From positions 1 through 64,000 of the forward strand of contig JACVGW010000005.1 of the NCBI GenBank assembly GCA_018992565.1: a stretch of DNA of 64,000 bases, read 5' to 3'. Position numbers and translations under genes: made by a program. Under the pieces are notes generated by a model. The model was given only the letters and a program-made list of their open reading frames with translations. It was not told the DNA's origin and searched no databases. Positions 28,221-37,135 of this stretch are shown here, piece after piece; within the stretch, counting starts at the first letter, position 1, and each line of letters begins with the position of its first letter. The stretch is from Theionarchaea archaeon (GTDB lineage Archaea > Methanobacteriota_B > Thermococci > Methanofastidiosales > SZ-28-30).

Positions 28221-29198
28221 ATGAGTTATATGAGCAAACTTACAAGGAAGGAAAAATTGAGAAGATACCACGCAATATATAATCAAATTTATACAAATCC
28301 CAGAGTGCACGTTCATGAGATTTCTAAGAATGTTAAAATGGCACGAAATACAGTTTCCAGTTATTTAGATCATATGTATGATTCTCAGATGCTTTTTGGA
28401 CCGGAATTGAGACTTGAATATTATCTTGGGCTGGATAAGTACTTCCATCTTGTCAAGTTTGACGATCCTACCAGTGCATTTGAAGAGCTGCGGGAGATTC
28501 CCCAGATCGACTATTGCAGTTTGTTTCTGGGAGACTGGAACATCATGTACATTTCAGATGGAAAGTATGACCCTTCCCACATTGAAGGCTTCGAGTATTT
28601 GTTGTTCCAGGGAGTGAGAGGAGACATCACTACTCCCCGCGTTCCCCTTACTGACTGGATACCTGCCTTCAAGAGGATGAAGATTCAAGCACACGAGTTT
28701 GAACCCAATGGCCTTGAAAGAATAGGCCTGCCTGTTCATGAACCTCCACCGTGGGATGAGGAAGAGTGGAAGTTGTTCTATGAGTATGAGTATGACTTCA
28801 GAAAAAAAGTCACTCCCGCTTTGAGAAAGCACTTGATTTCGTCTGACAAGTTCTATCAATGGTTGGAAAGCGTCTGTGATCATACCACTGTCTTGATGAG
28901 GTTTTACCCTGATGGTTATCTCAACTACACCCACTTTGTATTCCTTCTCAGGACAGGCTACACTGATGCAGTGGTTGCACTCCTCTCAAACCTTCCTACC
29001 AGTATAGTGTGCACCCGTACTGAAGGTGGGTTGCTGGTATGGCTCAGCATCAAGTCAGATCTCACCTTTACTGATCTTTCAGCAACCCTGCAGTTCATGA
29101 GATCCAGCGGCATGATAGAGAAATTCAATCAGGCGATTGGAGTTCTTCACTACATTGAAGGTGAGGAAGAGCAGGGTCTTGTGGATGATGCTCTGTGA
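28221..29198 (+). CDS. Putative transcriptional regulator with tandem Lrp/AsnC-like (HTH + RAM) architecture
   Basis: N-terminal HTH (NPRVHVHEISKNVKMARNTVSSYLDHM), RAM-like segment with LGDWNIM, second degenerate unit starting WDEEEWKLF. Confidence 0.6.
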   Translation: MSYMSKLTRKEKLRRYHAIYNQIYTNPRVHVHEISKNVKMARNTVSSYLDHMYDSQMLFGPELRLEYYLGLDKYFHLVKFDDPTSAFEELREIPQIDYCSLFLGDWNIMYISDGKYDPSHIEGFEYLLFQGVRGDITTPRVPLTDWIPAFKRMKIQAHEFEPNGLERIGLPVHEPPPWDEEEWKLFYEYEYDFRKKVTPALRKHLISSDKFYQWLESVCDHTTVLMRFYPDGYLNYTHFVFLLRTGYTDAVVALLSNLPTSIVCTRTEGGLLVWLSIKSDLTFTDLSATLQFMRSSGMIEKFNQAIGVLHYIEGEEEQGLVDDAL

Positions 29199-29234
29199 AT
29201 TCTAGATATATCTATGACAAAAGATGAGCATGGG

Positions 29235-29285
29235 GCAAAAAAGAAAAAAGACCCATTACCCAATATGGAAAAAGCAACCCGGGTC
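29235..29285 (-). terminator. Hairpin plus U-tract terminator of the small-peptide gene
   Basis: Minus strand GACCC...GGGTC stem followed by TTTTTTCTTTTTTG. Confidence 0.55.
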
Positions 29286-29323
29286 CTCTAAGGACCACTG
29301 GAGTTATCTTGAACGTATGTGAT

Positions 29324-29407
29324 TTAGTTGGATGTCGGGACACCAGGTCCTCCACCCAGTTTTGTGGGGACACCAGGTCCTCCACCGAGCTTCCTTATGC
29401 AGTCCAT
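29324..29407 (-). CDS. 27-aa peptide MDCIRKLGGGPGVPTKLGGGPGVPTSN (absent from the ORF track)
   Basis: SD GAGGTGA 4 nt before ATG; BRE/TATA-like CAGAAAAC-TTCTAAAG at 29455-29440; 30-nt repeat with only synonymous differences; downstream terminator. Confidence 0.75.
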   Translation of the reverse strand: MDCIRKLGGGPGVPTKLGGGPGVPTSN

Positions 29408-29720
29408 TTTCTCACCTCTGTATCATTTATGAGTTCTACCTTTAGAAGTTTTCTGTTACTCCTCAATTTTTCGCAGATTTCGCGAGGGTTGTGCAGCCAG
29501 GTGGCCGGTTTCACAATCATCACTCATTTATCAGTTCATCTTTTCTAACCTTTTTAAGCTTAATGGAAATATATAAAGATACTCATGACTGATATTCGTT
29601 ATCTTTGTACCATGAAGAAATCAAGAATAGCAGAAACCCTTCTATCTGTTTCCTGTTACTATACTACACTGGTAAGTTACTTTCGGAAAAGCTTTAAAAT
29701 CCCATCTGTTAGTAGCTTCT

Positions 29721-30593
29721 ATGAAGAAAGTCATTGTTCATGGAGGAGCTGGAGACTTCTCAAAATCAGACCATGATATTACCGAATACAAAGAGGGCGT
29801 TGAGAATGCAGTTCAGGCGGGGTATGATGCACTGGTCACAGGAAATGCTCTGGACGCAGTAGTCCATGCAGTGTCTTCGCTTGAAGACAACCCTTTATTC
29901 AATGCAGGCACAGGGGCAGTCCTCAATGTTGAAGGAGAGGTGGAAGCTGATGCCATGGTCATGTTCCAGGGACGTATGGGCGCTGTGGGTGCGCTCAGAA
30001 ACATGAGAAACCCTGTTCAGGTGGCCCGCTTGGTTATGGATGAAACCGACCATGTCTTTCTCGTGGGAGAAGGTGCATATTCTTTTGGAAGACGTTGGTT
30101 TGACCACTACGACCCTGTAACAGAGGAACGTAGAGAGAAATTTGAAGAATTGAAATCCCACTTCCTGAGAGGTGATACCAGATGGAAAAAGAATGCCCAC
30201 CTCTATAGTGAGCATGGAACGGTGGGAGCTGTGGCTTTTGATGGTGATCTGGCTGCTGCCACTTCCACAGGCGGAATCTGGCTGAAGCTGAAGGGTCGAA
30301 TTGGAGATTCCCCACTTGCAGGATGTGGAACGTATGCAGGGGAGAAAGCGGCTCTCTCTGCTACAGGCATTGGTGAGAATATTGTCAGGTCAGTATTTTC
30401 AAAATCTGTTCATGATCTCCTGCCAGAATTCTCTCTCGAGAAAGCTCTGAAAATGATGCTTGCCCATTCACCGGAAACGGGAGCAATTGCCATTGACTCT
30501 GGTGGAACTGTTGAATATGCTTTTAATACCAACAATATGGCCTGGGCCATCTGTGACCGGGGAAATGTGTCAAGCTTTGAGGTAAACATATGA
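29721..30593 (+). CDS. iaaA: Isoaspartyl peptidase/L-asparaginase (Ntn hydrolase)
   Basis: IVHGGAG, LEDNPLFNAG, HG-TVGAVA nucleophile, GRIGDSP. Confidence 0.92.
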   Translation: MKKVIVHGGAGDFSKSDHDITEYKEGVENAVQAGYDALVTGNALDAVVHAVSSLEDNPLFNAGTGAVLNVEGEVEADAMVMFQGRMGAVGALRNMRNPVQVARLVMDETDHVFLVGEGAYSFGRRWFDHYDPVTEERREKFEELKSHFLRGDTRWKKNAHLYSEHGTVGAVAFDGDLAAATSTGGIWLKLKGRIGDSPLAGCGTYAGEKAALSATGIGENIVRSVFSKSVHDLLPEFSLEKALKMMLAHSPETGAIAIDSGGTVEYAFNTNNMAWAICDRGNVSSFEVNI

Positions 30594-31345
30594 ATCTGAA
30601 AAGGCTGGATACCGACATTGAGTCCTTCTTATCTGCAGAAGGTCGGAAATTCTACAGGAAGCTGCTTGAGTTTTCTCCCTACCTTAATGCATCAAACCAG
30701 ATGGTTATAATCCGGATGGGATATAATGATCACGGGTTGATTCATTCCAAGATTGTTACCTTATACGCCCTGCGTATTCTGGAGATTCTCAAACCCAGGG
30801 TACCCCTCAATATTGTCAAGGAAAACCTGGGGGACTACACCGATGTCCAGCTGGTGGTCGTGGCAGGAGCCTTTCTCCATGATGTGGGAAACATGGTGCA
30901 CAGACAAGGGCACGTCATGCACAGTTGTTACTTGACCTCCCAGCTTCTCCATCCAGTCCTCCCTGAGTACACAGCTCACCCTGCCCAGATGCTCTCTGAG
31001 ATTCTTCATTGCATCTACTCACACCACGAGGATACTCACTGCCTCACTACTGAAGCAGGCATTGTCAAAGTGGCAGATGGGTGTGACATGGCAGAAGGTA
31101 GAGCCAGAATACCCTACAGGCGGGGCAAAGTTGATATTCATTCTGTATCTGCTCTCTCTATCAAGAAAGTCATCCTTTCTCCAGGCGAAGAGAAACCACT
31201 CAAAATTGAAGTGTATATGGACAGCCAGGCGGGCATTTTCCAGATTCAGGAAGTCCTGGGAGCAAAGGTCAGAACCTCTGGGCTCATGGACTACCTGGAA
31301 ATCGTAGGCATTCATAGAAACAAGAACCTCCCTATTACACTGTGA
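30590..31345 (+). CDS. HD-domain metal-dependent phosphohydrolase
   Basis: GYNDHG..H, FLHDVGN, SHH, VADGCDM. Confidence 0.88.
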   Translation: MNLKRLDTDIESFLSAEGRKFYRKLLEFSPYLNASNQMVIIRMGYNDHGLIHSKIVTLYALRILEILKPRVPLNIVKENLGDYTDVQLVVVAGAFLHDVGNMVHRQGHVMHSCYLTSQLLHPVLPEYTAHPAQMLSEILHCIYSHHEDTHCLTTEAGIVKVADGCDMAEGRARIPYRRGKVDIHSVSALSIKKVILSPGEEKPLKIEVYMDSQAGIFQIQEVLGAKVRTSGLMDYLEIVGIHRNKNLPITL

Positions 31346-31384
31346 CAGGAACTCAACCTACATAAAAAAAGGGAGTGAAAAGGA

Positions 31385-31594
31385 TCACTCAAACATTCGT
31401 TTCTTGGCCAGTGCGATATCTTCGGCCTTGACCGTCTTTCTCCCTGCATGGTCTGCCAGCGTTATGGCTTCGCGGGCAACTTCAATAGCTGTCTCTTGCA
31501 GGTGAGCCGCGAGTTCTTTGGCCGCATCTTCTGACACACGGTGAGCACCAGCTTTTCGAATCAACTTGTCCACAGATGCTAGTGGTAATGCCAT
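31385..31594 (-). CDS. Archaeal histone (HMf family)
   Basis: LPLASVDKLIRKAGAHRVSEDAA...HAGRKTVKAEDI; SD GGAGGT. Confidence 0.96.
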   Translation of the reverse strand: MALPLASVDKLIRKAGAHRVSEDAAKELAAHLQETAIEVAREAITLADHAGRKTVKAEDIALAKKRMFE

Positions 31595-31779
31595 CGTGAT
31601 ACCTCCTTTTGGGTCAGTGAATTTTGCTTTTTTTCTATGCCACTTTTAATGGCTCGAAAAGCCACCTTTTATAATAAAAGTCTTCCTTTATAAGTTTTTC
31701 GGTAAAGCCACTGCTTGTAACCTGCAATTAGAAAACTCATCCTTTGTGAGGGGGCAAAATTTCGCAAACTCCGAGCAGC

Positions 31780-32163
31780 TTACATTTCAGATGTTGTAGA
31801 AGAGAGATATGTGATCAGTGTTTCCATGTCCTCGCAGGAGAGTCTAACGGTAATGGGGCCAAGGGGGCTGTCTTCTGAGAAGTTGACCTTCCCCATGTAT
31901 GCTGCCTGTTTGTTCAGGTGGACTTCCAGTTCACCACCAAACAGGGAATTTTTCAATATCGTATTGGCAGTGTCACGGATTTTCTGAGACTTCAGGAGTT
32001 CCCTGAACCGTTCAAGCGACTTAATTTCTTCAGATTTCCCTTTGAAGACATTCCCATCTGGAAAAAACTGCACAGAAGGAAAAATGCATTCTAGAGCCTT
32101 CTTTACCTTTGATTCTGATTCTGTGGCATGAACAGGAGTTGATATCTCAACAGCAACCCTCAT
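31780..32163 (-). CDS. UPF0201/DUF54 putative RNA-binding protein
   Basis: VHATESESKVKKAL, QKIRDTA, LNKQAA, PLGPI. Confidence 0.85.
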   Translation of the reverse strand: MRVAVEISTPVHATESESKVKKALECIFPSVQFFPDGNVFKGKSEEIKSLERFRELLKSQKIRDTANTILKNSLFGGELEVHLNKQAAYMGKVNFSEDSPLGPITVRLSCEDMETLITYLSSTTSEM

Positions 32164-32675
32164 TGAAATCTCCTCTCAAGAAATGTCTGGCATACCTTCA
32201 TGAAATCCTCTATAGTGGATTCATTAACCAGCATGTAGTCAGCCAGTGCGAACACATTTCCTATGCCAAACTTCAATTCTCGAGCATCTCGTTCTGTGAA
32301 CTCATCCCAGGAGAAAGGATCTCCTGGTCTCTTCCTCTTTTGTACCCTGCAGAACCGGGTGCTAGGTGAAGCGTGAATGGCCACAATCTCAACTGGATAC
32401 TTCTGAAGAAACACTTCGATTTCGGGCATTCCTCTGATGCCGTCAATAATACAGTCTGGAGTGATTCTCTCCACGACCAGATAGGCGACTGCAGCCAGTC
32501 CCTGTTCTTCTCTCAGAATTCGCGCTATCTCTCCATGCCTATCAGGAGGAAGTCCTCTCTTTTCAGTTTCTTCTCGGACTGCGTCTCCCATAGAGACAAT
32601 GCAGTAGCCGAGCTCAGAAGCGGCGGTGAGGAAGATGCTCTTGCCGCAACCTGGCATACCCACAACGCAGAGCAT
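32160..32675 (-). CDS. UPF0200 P-loop kinase (dephospho-CoA-kinase-like)
   Basis: VVGMPGCGKS, SMGDAVRE, IDGIR, RDARELKFG. Confidence 0.85.
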   Translation of the reverse strand: MLCVVGMPGCGKSIFLTAASELGYCIVSMGDAVREETEKRGLPPDRHGEIARILREEQGLAAVAYLVVERITPDCIIDGIRGMPEIEVFLQKYPVEIVAIHASPSTRFCRVQKRKRPGDPFSWDEFTERDARELKFGIGNVFALADYMLVNESTIEDFMKVCQTFLERRFQ

Positions 32676-32851
32676 GTAAAAACGTGCCCTCTGTCCTTTA
32701 TATGTCTTGTCTTGCTGCTCCATTGATGAGGGTACCCAGCTCTCTCCTTCTGATGTGGTGTAAAGACCACAGTCCTCTCTTTCCTTTCTGACACCGCAAC
32801 AGCCGGAAAAATGGAAAAACCTTTTTAAACACCATTCAGAACAGTGACACA

Positions 32852-35248
32852 ATGAATCGAACTGCAGTACTCCTCCTCGTTATGTTGGGCTTTACCATGA
32901 TTCCCACCCCTTCGGCATCCATTTCAACGAGCCTGCCTCTGGCAATCTTTGTGCGTCCCCAGGACGTCATTCAGACAAAAGCAGACATTGATTCTATTGT
33001 GAGCCTCTGCACAGAATACGGGATTTCCTATATTTTTCTCATGATAAAACAGGACACAGGACCAGATTCAGGATATGTGTACTACAACAGTCCCAGGTCC
33101 CCGGTCAAGTCTGAGTTTGATGTGCTTGATGAAATGCTGAAAAAAGCACAAAAGGAGAATATCAAGGTGTATGCATGGATTCCTCTCCTGTATGATAGAT
33201 GGCTTGCAGAGCAGAAGATGGCTATCAAAGACTACTGGATTTCTCCTCTGACATCACGACCTTACTACACTGTTATGATGAATGAAGTGACAGCCTATCC
33301 TGTGGATGGAATCCTTTTTGACTACCTGTGGTTTCCTGATGATTTTGCAGCCAGTGATGAATTGAAAGCAAATTTTGGACAGCGATATGGGTATAACATG
33401 GGTTCTATTGATCTGTCGCTGGAAAAAGAACGGAATACTCCTCTCTGGTACGACTGGCTGTCTTACCGGAATGAAGTCCTTTCTGATTTTCTGCGAGACA
33501 TCATGCCTCAGGACATACCAGTGGGGGTGACCGTGATACCTGAAGAACTCCAGGATCAGGATGCAGAGTACGTTCCACCTGGAGTGGCTACCTTTGTGGC
33601 AGTACAGACCGAAGCCGATCCCACCCCTCTTATTAACCGGCTGACGCTGCTGACCAAGGCAGGTGTCTACGTTATCGTACCTGATGATTACGTCAGCAAA
33701 GCCAGAGCGCAGGTAGCTGAGAGTACGTATGCAGATATGCTCATCTTTGATTCAGATACCTGGCAAAGGCAGGACTTTGAACGCATAAAGAAGGCGCAAC
33801 TTCCCTTTGAAGACATCCGGATGACTCGAATGACATTTATCGAGTTTTTCAACACTCAATACAACATGGAAGAGTGGAGAAGCTACGAGGCAAATACAGC
33901 TGTCCTCCCAGCAGGTCACGTATACTCAACGTACTTCAAGTTTGGAACCCTCACAGAAAAGTGGAGTCCTTACACACTGAAGTACGATCGGGATTATGTT
34001 GATGAGATGATTTCCAAGGCACGGGAAGCGGGTCTGTATGCTGTCCTGGAGGTCAATGCCCAGTCTGAAGAATATGTTACCAGATATAAAGATTCAGCTT
34101 CAGTTACATACGAATGGGGTGTTTTGAGAAAGAGAGTCTGTCTCACGGCGCTCACCAATGATCCTTATAAAACAGAATTCTTTGAGATGGTGAAGTACCT
34201 GGCAGATAACTATGACGCAGAAGCAATCCTCATCACTCAGTTGTATTATCTGGAAGACTGCTTCTGTATCGACTGCCTGCAGTCCTATATTGACTACATG
34301 GCTCAGAAAGGTGTACCTATGGAAGATTGGCCACGAACTAATGGCAGTATAGACATCTACGATCCAACAGTGAGAGAGTGGAAAACCAGCATACTCACCC
34401 AGTTTCTGCAGCAACTGCGAGAGTACATTCGCGATTCCAACAAGGAGCTGTGGGTGGAAGTACCTGTTTCTGCCAACCTTGAACTCTCTTCTTCCGAATA
34501 TGGGCTATACCTCCCGGAAGTGGAAGGGATCGCAGACCGAGTTGTCTTGATCGACATCGGTCTTCAAAACCCACCTCGCGTGGAGTACATAGTGAAGAGC
34601 CTTTCTGATCCCCTGAAGTATATCTTGAGTTTTCGCGTTGAATCTGCAGCACCTCCAGCCCGGGAGAACCTGGTTAATTCCCTGATTGTCGCCTATAATA
34701 ATGGAATAATCAGTGTAGGTGTGTATCCTCAATCAGTGCTGGACAACTCTCTATGGGGAGGATTCTATATTGGCTACGCGTACCGACTGGCTCTTACTGA
34801 CGAACTGCTTACAGAGATTTACAATATGGGAGACAACGCTGCGGTCATTTCCACCTATCTGTTGTTGGAACAAGAAAGAGAGGAAAAGGAAATGCAGAAT
34901 AGGGAAACAGCAAGGCAGAGCATCGCTGAGGCCAAGAGAAGCTATTCAAAGATCCCTTTGGCCATGGAAGAGGCCCAGCAATTGAATGTTAACACAACAG
35001 CTCTTGAAGAGGACCTGGATCGAAGCTTGGAGTCTCTGGCTGAAGCCCGAAACCTCTTTGTTGAAGGTCAATACCTTGAAGCTGATGACAAAGCCAGGAC
35101 TGCTATCATAGAGTTTGAAACCCTCAGTGTGCGAATACAGAATGTGGTGGAACATGAAAGAGTGAGGAGAGTTACATCAGGTGTTCTCATTCTGGTGGTG
35201 TTTTTGCTGATCATCATGTATGTACGGTTCAAAATGAGGCGTAAATAG
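32852..35248 (+). CDS. Secreted, C-terminally membrane-anchored glycoside-hydrolase-like protein with two GHL10/DUF187-like domains
   Basis: Signal peptide; IKVYAW, YPVDGILFDY, WYDWLSYR; second repeat with CFCIDC and WKTSILTQF; coiled coil, TM and basic tail. Confidence 0.6.
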   Translation: MNRTAVLLLVMLGFTMIPTPSASISTSLPLAIFVRPQDVIQTKADIDSIVSLCTEYGISYIFLMIKQDTGPDSGYVYYNSPRSPVKSEFDVLDEMLKKAQKENIKVYAWIPLLYDRWLAEQKMAIKDYWISPLTSRPYYTVMMNEVTAYPVDGILFDYLWFPDDFAASDELKANFGQRYGYNMGSIDLSLEKERNTPLWYDWLSYRNEVLSDFLRDIMPQDIPVGVTVIPEELQDQDAEYVPPGVATFVAVQTEADPTPLINRLTLLTKAGVYVIVPDDYVSKARAQVAESTYADMLIFDSDTWQRQDFERIKKAQLPFEDIRMTRMTFIEFFNTQYNMEEWRSYEANTAVLPAGHVYSTYFKFGTLTEKWSPYTLKYDRDYVDEMISKAREAGLYAVLEVNAQSEEYVTRYKDSASVTYEWGVLRKRVCLTALTNDPYKTEFFEMVKYLADNYDAEAILITQLYYLEDCFCIDCLQSYIDYMAQKGVPMEDWPRTNGSIDIYDPTVREWKTSILTQFLQQLREYIRDSNKELWVEVPVSANLELSSSEYGLYLPEVEGIADRVVLIDIGLQNPPRVEYIVKSLSDPLKYILSFRVESAAPPARENLVNSLIVAYNNGIISVGVYPQSVLDNSLWGGFYIGYAYRLALTDELLTEIYNMGDNAAVISTYLLLEQEREEKEMQNRETARQSIAEAKRSYSKIPLAMEEAQQLNVNTTALEEDLDRSLESLAEARNLFVEGQYLEADDKARTAIIEFETLSVRIQNVVEHERVRRVTSGVLILVVFLLIIMYVRFKMRRK

Positions 35249-35251
35249 CTT

Positions 35252-35791
35252 CTACTGGGCTGGATTTCCGTTCTTTTCAAGCTTTTTGAACTCCATATGT
35301 TGTTCTACAAATTTCTTGATATCTTCAGGAGAATCGGATTTCAGTCCATAGAATTCTGCGAACTTGGGAGTGGTTTTCAACAGGTAGGTCCTTTCTTTGG
35401 GCCTCCTCTCGATCAATCCATTTTCTTCCAGCTGTTTGATATGCTGGTATGCCCCCGTCCCTCTGTACTTGACCACATCTGACTGGAGAACAGGCTGCAT
35501 ATAAGCAATGAGGGATAACGTTTTGAGCAGCGCTTTGGATTCACCAGACTCGGGAGCATAATCCATGACAGTCTCAGAGAGTTCAGGCTTTAGCTGCATC
35601 ACAAATTTCTTATCCACAGTCTCTACGATTTCTACTGCAGAGTCTCTCTCCTGGTAAGCTTTCTGGAGCTCTGCGATAAGTTGCTTGATTTCGCCCCCCG
35701 GCGTATTGAGAGATTGGGCTAGGCTTCCCAGGCTTACTGGCTTACCGCTGACGAAGAGAACAGCTTCTACCAGTTGCTTGATTGAATCCAT
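35252..35791 (-). CDS. scpB: SMC-Scp complex subunit ScpB
   Basis: VEAVLFVSGKPV, LKTLSLIAYMQPV, TTPKFAEFYGL. Confidence 0.92.
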   Translation of the reverse strand: MDSIKQLVEAVLFVSGKPVSLGSLAQSLNTPGGEIKQLIAELQKAYQERDSAVEIVETVDKKFVMQLKPELSETVMDYAPESGESKALLKTLSLIAYMQPVLQSDVVKYRGTGAYQHIKQLEENGLIERRPKERTYLLKTTPKFAEFYGLKSDSPEDIKKFVEQHMEFKKLEKNGNPAQ

Positions 35792-35992
35792 GCTATGAGG
35801 AGAACCCGAGGTTTTATAAACATAGCCATCAGGTCGTGAGCAACATGAGACAGGGTACCAACACGTGTGGATGACGCCAGTGTAGCAGGTGGGAAGACAC
35901 AGCCATCCCTCTCTTCCATTCACCTCTTTCTTTCCAAAACCTTTTTAACTCCTAGGCTAACTGAGCTCACAAAGTAAAGCGGTGAAGATGCC

Positions 35993-36796
35993 ATGTTAAG
36001 AAAACTGTACGTATTTGTCAAAAGGGACTTCCTGATGATGTTCACCTATAAGTTTGCCATGGTTTTCAACTATGCACAGATGGTCATGAACTTGTTTTTA
36101 TTTGTGCTGTTTGCAGAAATGTTTGGAGACCGAATGCTGACTATCCTGGCTCCCTTTGGAGGAGACTACATCCAGTACATACTGGTGGGCTCCATAGGGT
36201 GGGGGTATCTGTGGAGTGCAATGGGAGCTGCATCAGGATCTATACAGCAGGAAATGATGAGAGGAACATTTGAACCCATTTTTCTGACTCCCACCTCCCC
36301 CTTTGTTATTGTGATAGCCTATACTATATGGGGATTGTTCATGGGAACAATATCAATGGTTATCTTCTTGTTCTTTGGCATCTTCGTGTTTAATGTATCA
36401 TTGACAGGAAATGCTGTCATGGCCATCACCTTGATGGCTCTGTCTGTTCTGATGATGGTTGGGTTTGGGCTAATGGTAGCAGGGCTCAATGTGTTTTTGA
36501 AACAGGTGGGATCTTTTGTTTCTGTGGTACAGGGGATAGCAGTCTTTTTGTGCGGCGTGTATTTTCCCCTTGATGTCTTGCCAGAGATTCTCCAGCCAGT
36601 AGGGAAGATTCTGCCCATGTACTATTCTATAATCGGGCTGCGGCTGGCCCTTTCTGATCAGGCCACCATGGATCAGATTATGGGATACTTCTGGATGCTC
36701 CTGGTTCTGGCGGCAGTGGCCCTGGTGGTGGGAGTGTATCTATTCAGGGCGGGATTGAATAGAGCCCGAAAAGAAGGAACCCTGGCATACTATTAG
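35993..36796 (+). CDS. ABC-2 type transporter permease
   Basis: Six TM segments, EMMRGTFEPIFLTP, CGVYFPLDVLP. Confidence 0.88.
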   Translation: MLRKLYVFVKRDFLMMFTYKFAMVFNYAQMVMNLFLFVLFAEMFGDRMLTILAPFGGDYIQYILVGSIGWGYLWSAMGAASGSIQQEMMRGTFEPIFLTPTSPFVIVIAYTIWGLFMGTISMVIFLFFGIFVFNVSLTGNAVMAITLMALSVLMMVGFGLMVAGLNVFLKQVGSFVSVVQGIAVFLCGVYFPLDVLPEILQPVGKILPMYYSIIGLRLALSDQATMDQIMGYFWMLLVLAAVALVVGVYLFRAGLNRARKEGTLAYY

Positions 36797-36808
36797 GAGG
36801 AAGAGATC

Positions 36809-37039
36809 TTGCGCATTCATATGAAGTACTTTGGAGTGCTCAAACAGAAGACAGGAAAGCAAGAGGAGTACGTAGAAGGAGATATCACGACTGTTGATGA
36901 CGTGAAGCGATTTCTTGAGGATACGTATGGGTTGAATGTGGGGGTTCTGGTGGCAATTAATAGAAGGATGGTATTTGCCACTGAAACCCTTTCAGAACAT
37001 GATGAAGTAGCTGTTTTTCCCCCAGTGGTGGGTGGATAA
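36809..37039 (+). CDS. MoaD/ThiS-family ubiquitin-like sulfur carrier (SAMP)
   Basis: VAVFPPVVGG C-terminus; TTG start with GGAGG SD. Confidence 0.88.
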   Translation: MRIHMKYFGVLKQKTGKQEEYVEGDITTVDDVKRFLEDTYGLNVGVLVAINRRMVFATETLSEHDEVAVFPPVVGG

Positions 37040-37135
37040 TCATTGAATTGAACCAACAGTTCAATTGATTCATTGAATTGACTTACACACTCAAAAGGAT
37101 GCACATCATCAGATCATCTTCATGCATTGCTGTTC

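Noticed and set aside
29337..29386. 20-nt direct repeat GGGACACCAGGTCCTCCACC twice, as a mini-CRISPR array
   Set aside because: Only two copies with a 10-nt spacer and no cas genes; the 30-nt period and synonymous-only differences fit a coding repeat.
37041..37081. CATTGAATTGA direct repeats and a short inverted repeat between the convergent SAMP and trxB genes
   Set aside because: AT-rich and short; at most an ordinary terminator region.
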